Shown here: one piece after another, positions 33,050-42,308 of the stretch
Layout: each line of letters opens with the position of its first letter
Numbering within the stretch: the stretch's first letter is position 1
DNA from: an uncultured Gemmatimonadales bacterium
GTDB taxonomy: Bacteria > Gemmatimonadota > Gemmatimonadetes > Gemmatimonadales > GWC2-71-9
Assembly (NCBI GenBank): GCA_963821525.1
Contig: CAWGED010000005.1
Location: 672,001 to 736,000 of the forward strand
Direction of reading: 5' to 3'
Length of the DNA stretch: 64,000 bases
The notes under the pieces: generated by a model
Database searches by the model: none
Seen by the model: the letters and a program-made list of their open reading frames with translations, nothing else
What the model was told of the DNA's origin: nothing
Translations under genes and position numbers: made by a program

Positions 33050-33553
33050 ATGGCTGCCAATCCTTCCTTTGATATTTCGACCGGCGCCGACCTTCAGGAG
33101 GTCGACAACGCGGTCAACCAGTCCGTGAAAGAAGTCGGCCAGCGCTACGACTTCAAGGACAGCCACTGCACTATCGAGCTCGACCGTACCAAGGCAGAAA
33201 TCCGCCTGGCGGCCGACAATGAGTTCCGGATGGATGCGCTGCTCGACATCCTGCGGACCAAACTGGTCAAGCGGGGAGTTCCGGTCCGGAACCTCCGGAT
33301 CGGAGATCCGATCCCGGGCGCGGGCACCTCCGTGCGACGGACCATCGGCATCGCGCAGGGAATTCCCCAGGACACCGCCAAGAAGATTGTGAAAGCGATC
33401 AAGGACCAGGGATTCAAAAAGGTCCAGGCCAGCATTCAGGGCGAGGAAATAAGGATCACCGCGCCGTCGAAGGACGAGTTGCAACAGGTGATCGCCTTCC
33501 TGCGAGGCGGGGATTTCGAGCTCGAGCTCAAGTTTGGCAACTACCGCGGCTGA
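33050..33553 (+). CDS. yajQ: YajQ family nucleotide/cyclic di-GMP-binding protein
   Basis: PSFDIS, QEVDNAVNQ, RYDFK, KVQASIQG, DELQQVI, NYR. Confidence 0.93.
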   Translation: MAANPSFDISTGADLQEVDNAVNQSVKEVGQRYDFKDSHCTIELDRTKAEIRLAADNEFRMDALLDILRTKLVKRGVPVRNLRIGDPIPGAGTSVRRTIGIAQGIPQDTAKKIVKAIKDQGFKKVQASIQGEEIRITAPSKDELQQVIAFLRGGDFELELKFGNYRG

Positions 33554-33557
33554 GGTC

Positions 33558-34793
33558 GTGCGCGCCGCGTTCCCCCGCAGACTCGTCCTGGTCGCGTGGG
33601 GTCTCGTCACGCTGACCTGCAATCCTGCTCCGCCGCCGGAGGCCCCGTTTCCGGTCGAGGCGCCGGCGCGCTCGAGCCAGCCGGAGATCCGGATCGGCCT
33701 CTTCGTCGGCTCTCCGCTGGTTGAGTTAGGCTCGGACTCCGACATCAGCGTCATGGAGGGAGACGGCATGGCGAGCCTCTCCCACTCCTCCACCTGGAGC
33801 GTGAGGGTCTCAGGGGGCCGCCTCGAGCTGCGAGACGGATCCGGGTCGAGCAGCACCCACGACGGTCCGTTGACCTTCGTGCCGGCCTCCGGATCCATGA
33901 TGAGTGTCGCCGGCCGGTACTATCGTGGCAGCGCCAGCGTGTTTCGCGACCGGACCGGACTGACCGTCGTCAATCTGGTCTCTCTGGAGGACTACCTGGC
34001 CGGGGTTGTTTCGGCGGAGATGGGAAAGCGCGAGCCGGCCGACCGCGAGGCCCTCGCGGCGCAGGCCGTGATCTCGCGGACCTACGCGCTCAAGAATGTC
34101 GGGAAGCGTCGCTCGGAAGGGTTCGACCTGTATCCCACGGTGGTAGATCAGGTCTACGGCGGGGTCTGGGCCGAGACCCAGCTCGGCTGGGAGGCGGTGC
34201 GAGAGACGGCGGGCCAGACTCTCACCTTCAACGGCAGCCCGATCGATGCCTTCTTCTATTCGACTTGTGGTGGGCAGACTGCCGCGGGCACCGAGGTGTT
34301 CGTGGGGGCCAATCGGCCCTATCTCCAGTCGGTGCGCGACGAGGACGAGAACGGACAGGCGTACTGCCGGTTCTCTCCCCGCTTTCGCTGGCGCGAAGAG
34401 TGGACCGGCGATCAGCTCAAGACCATCTTGCGGGGAGTTCGTTCAACCCCGTTTCGGGAAGTACGGTCGGTTCAGGTGGTCGCTCGAACGGGCTCGGACC
34501 GGGTGGGGCGGATCGCCATCGGCGTGGACGAAGACCAGATCACGTTCGATGGGCCCGCAGTACGGCAGATTCTTCACCCGGTGAACGAACCTTTGCTTCG
34601 GAGCGGGGCCTTTACACTCACCGAGAGCCGAGAGGGACGAGTCGTTACCGGTCTCGTTGCCGACGGTCGCGGATCGGGGCATGGGGTAGGATTCTGTCAA
34701 TGGGGTGCGGTCGGCCGGGCCCGCGCCGGTCAGGACTTCCGCCAGATTCTGGCGGCGTACTTCCCCGGCACTTCGCTCGAGCGACTGTACTGA
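33558..34793 (+). CDS. SpoIID/LytB domain protein (lytic transglycosylase)
   Basis: VNLVSLEDYLAGVVSAEM, EALAAQAVISRTYA, DQVYGG, GSGHGVGFCQWGA. Confidence 0.9.
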   Translation: MRAAFPRRLVLVAWGLVTLTCNPAPPPEAPFPVEAPARSSQPEIRIGLFVGSPLVELGSDSDISVMEGDGMASLSHSSTWSVRVSGGRLELRDGSGSSSTHDGPLTFVPASGSMMSVAGRYYRGSASVFRDRTGLTVVNLVSLEDYLAGVVSAEMGKREPADREALAAQAVISRTYALKNVGKRRSEGFDLYPTVVDQVYGGVWAETQLGWEAVRETAGQTLTFNGSPIDAFFYSTCGGQTAAGTEVFVGANRPYLQSVRDEDENGQAYCRFSPRFRWREEWTGDQLKTILRGVRSTPFREVRSVQVVARTGSDRVGRIAIGVDEDQITFDGPAVRQILHPVNEPLLRSGAFTLTESREGRVVTGLVADGRGSGHGVGFCQWGAVGRARAGQDFRQILAAYFPGTSLERLY

Positions 34794-34820
34794 GCTTTCT
34801 CCCACTCCCGGAGATCAAGG

Positions 34821-35828
34821 ATGGCTGATCCCGTCAGAGTCGGCGTCATCGGCGCCGGAGCGATTACCCAGGTCGCGCACTTGCCCGTGCTGCGGAAGCT
34901 CAAGGGCATCGAAGTGGTGGCCATCTGCGACACCGACATGCCGAAGGCCAGGGCCCTGGCCGATCGCTTCAAGGTGCCGGATGCATTCAGCGACATCGAG
35001 GAGTTGCTGGAGTACGAAGAGCTCGATGCGATCGCCATCTGCACGCCCAATCACCTGCATGAACCCCATGTGATGGCGGCTCTCTCGGCGAACTTGCACG
35101 TCTTCGTCGAGCGTCCCCTCGCCCTGAACGCCGTCGAAGTGCAGCAGGTCCTCCGTGCAGCCGAAAAGAAGAAGCGGGTCTTGATGGTGGCGCTGAACCA
35201 CCGGTACCGCGCCGACGTGCAGATCGTCCGCAGCTTCGTCCAGAGCGGAGAGCTCGGGAAGGTCCAGAGCGTTCGCGGCAGCTGGCACGTCTTCCGTCCC
35301 AGCCGGTCTCAGCTCGGATGGCGCACTCGGCGCGATGAGGCCGGAGGCGGCGCCATTCTCGACCTGGGTTACGCGATTCTCGATCTGGGCCTGTGGCTCG
35401 CAGACGGACCCAAGCCGCTGCGGGTGAGTGCCTCGCTGGATATCTCCAGCGATGGGAGTGTGGAGCCCTCGGGTAGCGCGTTCGTGGTCTGCGAGAACGA
35501 TTTCTCGGTCTTCCTCGACGTCACCTGGCGCCACATCGGCGAGGGAGAGCGCTTCGGAGTCGGCGTCCGGGGCAGCCGAGGGACGGCCGGCATCAACCCG
35601 CTCCATGTATGGAAGGAATTGCATGGCGTGCCCACAGATGTCGCACCGACAGGATCCATTGGGCGCGAAAACCCTTTCACCGCATCTTACCGGGCAGAAT
35701 GGGCGCACTTCATGGCTTGCATCCGCGGTCAGGCCACCGCCCCTGATAACAAGGACCAGATCACCCTGCATCGCGTGATCGATGCGATTTATCAGTCGGC
35801 CAAGGAGGGAAGGGACGTGGAATTGTGA
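34821..35828 (+). CDS. Gfo/Idh/MocA family oxidoreductase
   Basis: VGVIGAGAI, ICTPNHLH, HVFVERP, GGGAILDLG. Confidence 0.92.
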   Translation: MADPVRVGVIGAGAITQVAHLPVLRKLKGIEVVAICDTDMPKARALADRFKVPDAFSDIEELLEYEELDAIAICTPNHLHEPHVMAALSANLHVFVERPLALNAVEVQQVLRAAEKKKRVLMVALNHRYRADVQIVRSFVQSGELGKVQSVRGSWHVFRPSRSQLGWRTRRDEAGGGAILDLGYAILDLGLWLADGPKPLRVSASLDISSDGSVEPSGSAFVVCENDFSVFLDVTWRHIGEGERFGVGVRGSRGTAGINPLHVWKELHGVPTDVAPTGSIGRENPFTASYRAEWAHFMACIRGQATAPDNKDQITLHRVIDAIYQSAKEGRDVEL

Positions 35829-37180
35829 GAGTGGACGGGAAGGCGGGAAGGCGGGAGGGCGGGAGGTTTATGGGATTCGACGCTGTCCGATCCCGGCTTC
35901 TCTGGTTTCTTGCTTGCTGGCCTTCGCTGTGCATTTCCTCCCCAGCCCTTGCCGTTTCAGCCGATCGCCCCACCGCCTTCCCGCCCTCCCGCCTTGCCAC
36001 CATTCCGCCTTCCCGCCCCACCGCCCTACCGCCCGGCTCAGAACTCACTATCGCCGTCCTCACCATGGGCCCCGGCGGCGAGGTCTGGGAACGCTTCGGC
36101 CATAACGCCATCGTGGTGGAGGACCACCAGCAAGGCACCAGCGTCGCCTACAACTACGGGATGTTCAGCTTCCGGCAGGAGAATTTCCTGCTCCGCTTCA
36201 TCCAGGGCCGGATGAATTACTGGATGGCGGGCTTCGACACCGATTTGGATGTGGCGCGCTATCGGGCCGCGCAGCGTTCAGTCTGGCGGCAGGAGCTGAA
36301 CCTGACTCCGGCGCAGCGGGTCGCCCTGCGGGATTTCCTGGTCTGGAATTCCCGGGACGAGAACAAGTTCTACCGCTACGACTACTATCGCGACAACTGC
36401 TCGACCCGGGTCCGGGACGCACTCGATGTGGCGGTCCGCGGGGCGATCAAGGCTCAGACCTCAACCCTGCCTGCCGGCACCAGCTTTCGGTTCCACACCC
36501 AGCGTCTTACCACCAACGACATCCCGATCTACACCGCGATGCAGATCGCCACTGGCCGCGGAGCGGACGAACCCCTGTCGGCATGGGAGGAGATGTTCCT
36601 TCCCTTCAAGCTGAGAGAGCATCTACGGGCAGTACGAATCCCCGACGACTCAGGTCACATGGTGCCGCTGGTGAAGGCTGAGGAGACGATTTACGAAAGC
36701 AATGCGTATCCCGTGCTCGACGCCCCGCCGCGCTGGATTCCGAACTATTTGATCGTGGGACTGGTTCTCGGTGTCGGGCTCGCCGTTCTGGGAACGCTCA
36801 GTGCCCGCTCCGGATGGGCCCGGGTCTGCTTCGGCGCCCTCGGCCTGACCTGGACCTGGGTCACCGGCATAGTCGGAACGCTGCTCGCTGGAATGTGGGC
36901 CTTCACCGACCATGTGATCGCGAGACGCAACGAAAACGTGCTGCAGTTCAGCGTATTGGCGCTCGCCCTCGCGATCCTGCTGATCCCCGTGCTGCGAGGG
37001 AAGAACTGGCCCGTTCGGTCGGCACGCGCGCTCGCCACGGTGATGGCTCTCTTGTCAATCGCTGGGCTGCTGGGGAAGGTCCTGCCGAGCTGGATTCAGG
37101 GTAACGGTCAACTGCTGGCGCTTGCGGTTCCCGTCAACCTTGGCCTCGCGATAGGTCTGCAGCGGTTCATCCGGGAATAG
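35825..37180 (+). CDS. DUF4105 / Lnb-like membrane protein (start uncertain)
   Basis: TMGPG..WERFGHNAI, YNYGMF, YRYDYYRDNCSTR, C-terminal transmembrane helices. Confidence 0.85.
   Translation: MRVDGKAGRREGGRFMGFDAVRSRLLWFLACWPSLCISSPALAVSADRPTAFPPSRLATIPPSRPTALPPGSELTIAVLTMGPGGEVWERFGHNAIVVEDHQQGTSVAYNYGMFSFRQENFLLRFIQGRMNYWMAGFDTDLDVARYRAAQRSVWRQELNLTPAQRVALRDFLVWNSRDENKFYRYDYYRDNCSTRVRDALDVAVRGAIKAQTSTLPAGTSFRFHTQRLTTNDIPIYTAMQIATGRGADEPLSAWEEMFLPFKLREHLRAVRIPDDSGHMVPLVKAEETIYESNAYPVLDAPPRWIPNYLIVGLVLGVGLAVLGTLSARSGWARVCFGALGLTWTWVTGIVGTLLAGMWAFTDHVIARRNENVLQFSVLALALAILLIPVLRGKNWPVRSARALATVMALLSIAGLLGKVLPSWIQGNGQLLALAVPVNLGLAIGLQRFIRE
35833..36035. repeat. inverted octamer arrays flanking the signal-peptide region of the DUF4105 gene
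   Basis: GGCGGGAA/GGCGGGAG units at about 35833-35866 and CCGCCTTC/CCGCCCTC/CCGCCCCA units at about 35960-36035. Confidence 0.8.
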
Positions 37181-37188
37181 ACCCGGTT

Positions 37189-39123
37189 CTACGCGCTCCT
37201 CTCCCATAGCTTGTGGTCTATGAACAGGCGGAAGAGCTGGGAGTCCAGCATCCCGCCCTTCACCTCGTCCTGCATGATGCCCAGCGCACGATCGGTGGGC
37301 ACGGCGCGCTTGTAGGGGCGGTCCTGAGCGGTCAGCGCGTCGTAAATATCCGCGATCGTCATCATCCTGGTCTGCAGCGGAATGGCATCGCCCTCAATGC
37401 GCCGCGGATAGCCCCGCCCGTTGAGCTTCTCGTGGTGGGCGTGGGCGATGTCGGGGATCCGGCTCAGCCCCCTGGTCCACGGGATGCGCCGCAGGAAGTC
37501 GAAGGTGTGGGTGACGTGACTCTCGATCTCCAGCCGCTCCTCTTCGTCCAGGCTACCCTTTCGAATCCTCAGCATCCTGACCTCGGGCTCGGTCAGGAAC
37601 GGGGCCGGATTCCCATTCATGTCTTCGAAGGTCCGAGTCGAGAACTCGTTCAGCTGCTCGAAATTCCCCTCGGCCAGTATTGACGGCTCGTTGGACTCGA
37701 GCACCACCCGGAGAAAACGCTCGGTGAGAGCGATCTCCGCTTCGTGGCGACTCTGCAGGTCGAGGAGAAATGTTTCGTACCCCTTGGGGCCGTTGGCCAG
37801 GAGATAGTCGGCCCGCTCCTTCTCAAACCGCCATTGGGCGCTGCGTCTGATGAACGCGTGGCGCTGGCGGATCAGGGTCAAGTTCTCAGTGTAGAGCTTC
37901 TTGGCTTTGACCAGCACCTGCTCCCGCACGCCGACCTTGCCGAAGTCGTGGAGCAGGCCGGCGTAGCGGATTTCCCGGATCTGCTCCGGGGTGAAGTTCA
38001 CGAGACGAAAGGGGCCGTCGTCCACCCGGTCCACCAGGGTCGCAAGCGCGACGGTCCTGGTAGCTACCCGTTCGGAATGGCCCGAGGTCGTCGGGTCGCG
38101 CTGCTCGATCGCGGTGACCGCAGCCTTCACGAACCCCTCGAACAATCGCTCGATCGCCTCGTAGAGCTGACTGTTCTCGATTGACACCGCCGCCTGACCC
38201 GCCAGCGCCCGGACGATTTTCACCGTGTGCGGGCTGTAGGAAATGATCTGCCGGTCTGCCTCCTCTGGAGACGCCAAGCGCGCCGCAAAGTCCCGCTTTC
38301 GATTGATGAGCTGGAGGACGCCGATCACATCTCCGTGGTGATTCACCATCGGGATGACCAGCATGGACTTGGTGCGATAGCCGTAGCGCTGGTCGAACGA
38401 GCGGTTGAAGGCGTACTCCACGTCCGGTGGCAGCATGTAGACATCGTCGATCACGAGCGGCTCGCCCTCGGACGCGGCGTATCCCGCGAGCGACGCCTGA
38501 TCGATCGGCATAGTGAACTCGACGAAGGGAATATCCGGCCGGCTGTCGTTCTGGCTCAGCTTGAACCGCAGCCGTTTCTCTCCCCGGTCGTCCGTCTCCA
38601 CCACGTAGAGACTTCCCGCATCCGACTGGGTGATGCGGCGGGCCTGGTTCAGGATCAGGTCCAGTAGCTTGTTGTAGTCCTTCTCCGTCGTGAGCTGGAT
38701 CCCGATGTCGGTGAGCTCGGTGATCTCGCTGGTCCGGGCCGCCGTCTCCGCCTTGGCCCGAAGCGTGTCCTGGCGAGCCGCGGCCACGAGCAGCGCGCTT
38801 CGAAGCCCAACCAGCAGTTGCCGTCCTCCGATCGGTCCCCGGACGAATCCCGCGAGTGCTTCGGCCGGCAAGTCGTGAGGGACGTCCTCTTCGCCGTTTG
38901 CTCCGAGGGCCAGTACCGCGACTCCCGCATCGCGCAGGGCCAGCAGGGCATGCGGCGTGAAATGAGAGCGCGCCAAGGCATCGAGCAGGAGAACAGTCGG
39001 GCGGTGATCGGCCGCCACCTCGGAGGCCGAACTCACCTGGCGCACTTCGACTCCCTCCTGAGCCAGGGGATGGCTGATGGTTTCGGGTGTCCAGGACGGG
39101 AGGTGAAGCAGCAGAAACTTCAT
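37189..39123 (-). CDS. GAF + HD-GYP cyclic di-nucleotide phosphodiesterase
   Basis: GAF (YRTKSMLVIPM, GVLQLIN), RDPTTSGHSERV, LLHDFGK, HHEKLNGRGYP, DIYDALTAQDRPYK. Confidence 0.92.
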   Translation of the reverse strand: MKFLLLHLPSWTPETISHPLAQEGVEVRQVSSASEVAADHRPTVLLLDALARSHFTPHALLALRDAGVAVLALGANGEEDVPHDLPAEALAGFVRGPIGGRQLLVGLRSALLVAAARQDTLRAKAETAARTSEITELTDIGIQLTTEKDYNKLLDLILNQARRITQSDAGSLYVVETDDRGEKRLRFKLSQNDSRPDIPFVEFTMPIDQASLAGYAASEGEPLVIDDVYMLPPDVEYAFNRSFDQRYGYRTKSMLVIPMVNHHGDVIGVLQLINRKRDFAARLASPEEADRQIISYSPHTVKIVRALAGQAAVSIENSQLYEAIERLFEGFVKAAVTAIEQRDPTTSGHSERVATRTVALATLVDRVDDGPFRLVNFTPEQIREIRYAGLLHDFGKVGVREQVLVKAKKLYTENLTLIRQRHAFIRRSAQWRFEKERADYLLANGPKGYETFLLDLQSRHEAEIALTERFLRVVLESNEPSILAEGNFEQLNEFSTRTFEDMNGNPAPFLTEPEVRMLRIRKGSLDEEERLEIESHVTHTFDFLRRIPWTRGLSRIPDIAHAHHEKLNGRGYPRRIEGDAIPLQTRMMTIADIYDALTAQDRPYKRAVPTDRALGIMQDEVKGGMLDSQLFRLFIDHKLWERSA

Positions 39124-39505
39124 TTCTTGGCCGCCGCGCTGTCCGACTGGGCCACGATCGAATCGTGATCCAGCGGCTTCACGCCGCTGATGACCTTCAG
39201 CGGGCGGCGGCTCAACTGGTCCATGAGGTACTCCATCTTGATGCTCACCACCCGGATGTTCTCGGCGGTCTGCCGGATGCGCTCCCGATTATCGACCGCG
39301 ACCAGTGTCGCGGCGTGGGCCAGAGTATCCAGGTTATTCATCAGTTGCCGGGCTGGTTGAGCAGGATGCGGACGGCCACCCGGCGTCCCGCGCGGGGCAG
39401 GGACCAGGCCGAGCTGCTCGCCTCAAAAGCAAAACGCGCCAGCGCGCCCACTCGGGCGAGCCAGCGCGTGGTTCCCCTGCCGAGAGCGGCGAGAAACCCT
39501 ATCAC
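39120..39505 (-). pseudogene. MlaE N-terminus joined to MlaD-like C-terminus (internal deletion)
   Basis: GTG 39505 gives MIGFLAALGRGTTRWLARVGALARFAF...RILLNQ (MlaE-like), which abruptly joins ...NLDTLAHAAT...LMDQLSRRPLKVISGV (MlaD-like tail). Confidence 0.55.
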
Positions 39506-39509
39506 AAGA

Positions 39510-40212
39510 TCAAGCCGGGTTGACCTTCTTCAGCCCTTCCTTCGCCTCGGTGTACTCGGGGAACACCTGCAGGGCCTTGTTGTAATACTCGGTCGCCTTG
39601 GCCTTGTCGCCGCGGTCCTGATAGAGGAGAGCGCGGCTGTAGTACGTGAGTGCCTCGGTGGGCACGTTGCGCGCCTTGCTCGCCTTGCTCACGTCAGAGG
39701 GAAGCGGCGGCAGCTTGGTCTCCGCCATCAGCTTCTCGGACACCGACTGGATGATCTTGAACAGCTCCTCACGCTTCTGGAGCTTCGGATCGTTGGTCAC
39801 CACCTTCATGATTTCACTGGTCTCCACGTTGACGATGCGCGCGTCAACCCGGAACTTGCCATAGAAGTCGATGAAGTTGCCCATGACCATGTATTTCGCG
39901 CCGACCAGCTTCCCGATCTTGGCGGCGGTTGCGGCGTCGACCCGGCCTTCCTTAGCCCAGGTTCTGCTCGTCGAGGAACTTCTGCGTTTCGCTGCGGTCC
40001 ACGAGGCGCGCCGCGGGGTTCTGGGCAAGCTCGCTGATGAGCATTCCCGCGATGCCCTTTTCCAGGGCATCGAAGTTCTCCTTGTCCTGGCCGTAGGACC
40101 CGCCGTTCTCGAACGGCAGGACCGCGATGCCGGGCCGCGTATCCTGCGCGACGCTCACCGCGGGCAGCGCCCACAGGACCAGGGCCAGCGTGTATGCCAT
40201 CCGCCTCCGCAT
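39510..40212 (-). CDS. CsgG/HfaB-like exported protein with C-terminal TPR (one frameshift)
   Basis: Signal peptide; IAVLPFEN, RLVDRS, AAKIGKLVGAKYMVMG, RVDARIVNVETSEI; TPR ...YNKALQVFPEYTEA. Confidence 0.82.
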
Positions 40213-40226
40213 AAGTACGCTCCTCG

Positions 40227-41093
40227 TCAGAGAGACAGGGTCATACCTTCGCGCGCCGCGTCGATCACCAGAGCGGGCGCGGACTTCTTGCCATCCCGGC
40301 GAGCCTGCTCCAGCAGCCGGTCGATCGCCGCGTCGTCGTTCTCCGGTTCGTGGTGAAAGAGCACCAAGCGCCGGCATCCGCATTCCCTGGCCAGGTCCAG
40401 CGCCTGACTCGGTGTCGAGTGCCCCCAGCCGGCCCGCGATTCGATGATCTCGTCGGAATACATCCCGTCGTGGATCAGCGTATCAACCCCATCCAGGAAC
40501 TTCACCAGCCGGGCGTGCCAGTCGGGGGGCACATCGTACGTCCCGCCCGATCCCAGCTCGTTGTCCGTCACGTACGCGACGCTCGCTCCGCCGGTCATTG
40601 GTTTGAGCCGGAAACCCAGAGTGGTTCCCGGATGACGCAACCGGAACGCTTCGACTTTGAACCCGTCGATCTCGAAGGCCCCGGTTCCCACTTCGGTCAC
40701 CGTCAGCTCCGCGGCCAGCGCCTTGAGCGGAACCGGAAAAACCACCGGATCCATCTGCCGGTCGAGAATCTTCTCGAGCGGCACGCCCGCTTGCGGCGCT
40801 CCGAAGATCCGCACCGCGCTCCCCTTCGTGTTCAGAGGCTGGAAGAACGGCAGCCCCTGGATGTGGTCCCAATGGGTGTGCGAGAGCAGGATGTCCACGC
40901 TCATCGCCCCATTCATCTGCTTCATCAGCTCGTGTCCCAGCGGACGAATCCCGGTGCCGGCGTCGAGCACCACCAGTTGTCCCGGCTGTCCTGATACCGC
41001 GACGCATGAGGTATTGCCCCCGTAGCGCGCAGTATGCGCACCGGGCGTCGGGATCGAACCCCTCGTCCCCCAGAAAGCGACGGAATATGTCAC
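40227..41093 (-). CDS. MBL-fold metallo-hydrolase
   Basis: FWGTRGSIPTPG, YGGNTSC, DAGTG, SHTHWDHIQG, WGHS, LFHH. Confidence 0.92.
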   Translation of the reverse strand: MTYSVAFWGTRGSIPTPGAHTARYGGNTSCVAVSGQPGQLVVLDAGTGIRPLGHELMKQMNGAMSVDILLSHTHWDHIQGLPFFQPLNTKGSAVRIFGAPQAGVPLEKILDRQMDPVVFPVPLKALAAELTVTEVGTGAFEIDGFKVEAFRLRHPGTTLGFRLKPMTGGASVAYVTDNELGSGGTYDVPPDWHARLVKFLDGVDTLIHDGMYSDEIIESRAGWGHSTPSQALDLARECGCRRLVLFHHEPENDDAAIDRLLEQARRDGKKSAPALVIDAAREGMTLSL

Positions 41094-41177
41094 GCAGAAA
41101 CAGTCGGCAACGGATACGGGACCCGCAAGGACTCTGCCAGCCGGCGGAGAGCCGTCACGGCAGAGTCGTGACTATGA

Positions 41178-41855
41178 TCACGCCCGCCCGGCAGCCTGTT
41201 CGAGCCCGGCTCGATCGCTGAGAGTTATCTCGCGCCGGGTGACCGTAATCAACCCGCGTTCGACGAAGTCCCGCATGGTGCGCGAAACCGTCTCCCGGCT
41301 GGATCCGATCATCTGGGCGATGACATGGTGGGTGATTTTCTTGGTAATGCGACCCTCGGGTTCTTCGTCGGCCAAACGAAGCAGGACGTCGGCAACACGG
41401 CCGTTTACGTCGAGCAGCACCAGGCTACCGATTTTTTCATCGGCGCGGCGCAGTCGCCGGGACAGCTCACGCAGCAGGCCGATGGCGATTTCAGGAGAGC
41501 GTCGCAGTCTGGCCTGGAAGTCCTCGCGCCGGAGCATGAGGACCGTCGCATCCGTCATGGCGATGACGTGCGCCGAGCGCGGTTGATCGTCGATCAGCGC
41601 CATCTCGCCGAAGAAGGCGCCTTCGCCGAGCACGGAAAGAATGACCTCGCGGCCGTCTTCACCGATCAGTACAACTTTCACCTGACCGGTGGCGACCAGG
41701 TACAGCGCATCTCCCGGGTCATCCTCGAACAGGATGACGCTGCCTTTTGGGTAGCTCCGCTCCCGCACCAACTCGGCGAAGGCCACGAGCTCAGTTTCGG
41801 GCAGACCGGCAAACAGGGGTACCTTCCTTAGAACCTCGAGTGGGGCGGCCGGCAC
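41178..41855 (-). CDS. Crp/Fnr family transcriptional regulator
   Basis: cNMP-binding FFGEMAL..PRSA and HTH IGSSRETVSR. Confidence 0.93.
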   Translation of the reverse strand: MPAAPLEVLRKVPLFAGLPETELVAFAELVRERSYPKGSVILFEDDPGDALYLVATGQVKVVLIGEDGREVILSVLGEGAFFGEMALIDDQPRSAHVIAMTDATVLMLRREDFQARLRRSPEIAIGLLRELSRRLRRADEKIGSLVLLDVNGRVADVLLRLADEEPEGRITKKITHHVIAQMIGSSRETVSRTMRDFVERGLITVTRREITLSDRAGLEQAAGRA

Positions 41856-41891
41856 GTCACCTCGCCAAAAGGGGTGGAAGTCTTGATGAAT

Positions 41892-41920
41892 ACGATATTT
41901 GCGCCTTTCCCCGCTGTCAA
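41892..41920 (-). promoter_or_regulatory. putative sigma-70 promoter of the crp-like operon
   Basis: TTGACA-17 nt-TATCGT. Confidence 0.55.
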
Positions 41921-42003
41921 ACGAGAATCCGGATTTCGTCCGGATTCTGATGGTAGCGTTATGGGACCATCGGTGAGACCTTCGGCGGTGATGGAAGGCC
42001 CGG

Positions 42004-42033
42004 TTGCGACAGAGTGGCCTAACCCACTATAAT
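42004..42033 (+). promoter_or_regulatory. putative sigma-70 promoter of the rpmE operon
   Basis: TTGCGA-18 nt-TATAAT. Confidence 0.55.
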
Positions 42034-42077
42034 TCAAGGCTTTCCCAATCTTGTGAACGTCCCAAGGAGCGGCAAAC

Positions 42078-42305
42078 GTGAAGGCCAATATTCACCCGAT
42101 GTACCGCAAGGTTACGGTCCAGTGCGCTTGCGGCAATCAGTTCGACACCCGTTCAACCTCGGCGAACGTGCACTTGGAAATCTGCGCCAAGTGCCACCCG
42201 TACTTCACCGGTAAGCAGCGCCTGGTGGACACCGCAGGGCGGGTGGACCGTTTCCGCCGCAAGTACCAGAGCGACAAGGCCACCCCGGAAACCTCGCAGG
42301 CTTAG
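42078..42305 (+). CDS. rpmE: 50S ribosomal protein L31 (zinc-binding form)
   Basis: [28 protein letters not shown]. Confidence 0.96.
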   Translation: MKANIHPMYRKVTVQCACGNQFDTRSTSANVHLEICAKCHPYFTGKQRLVDTAGRVDRFRRKYQSDKATPETSQA

Positions 42306-42308
42306 GTC

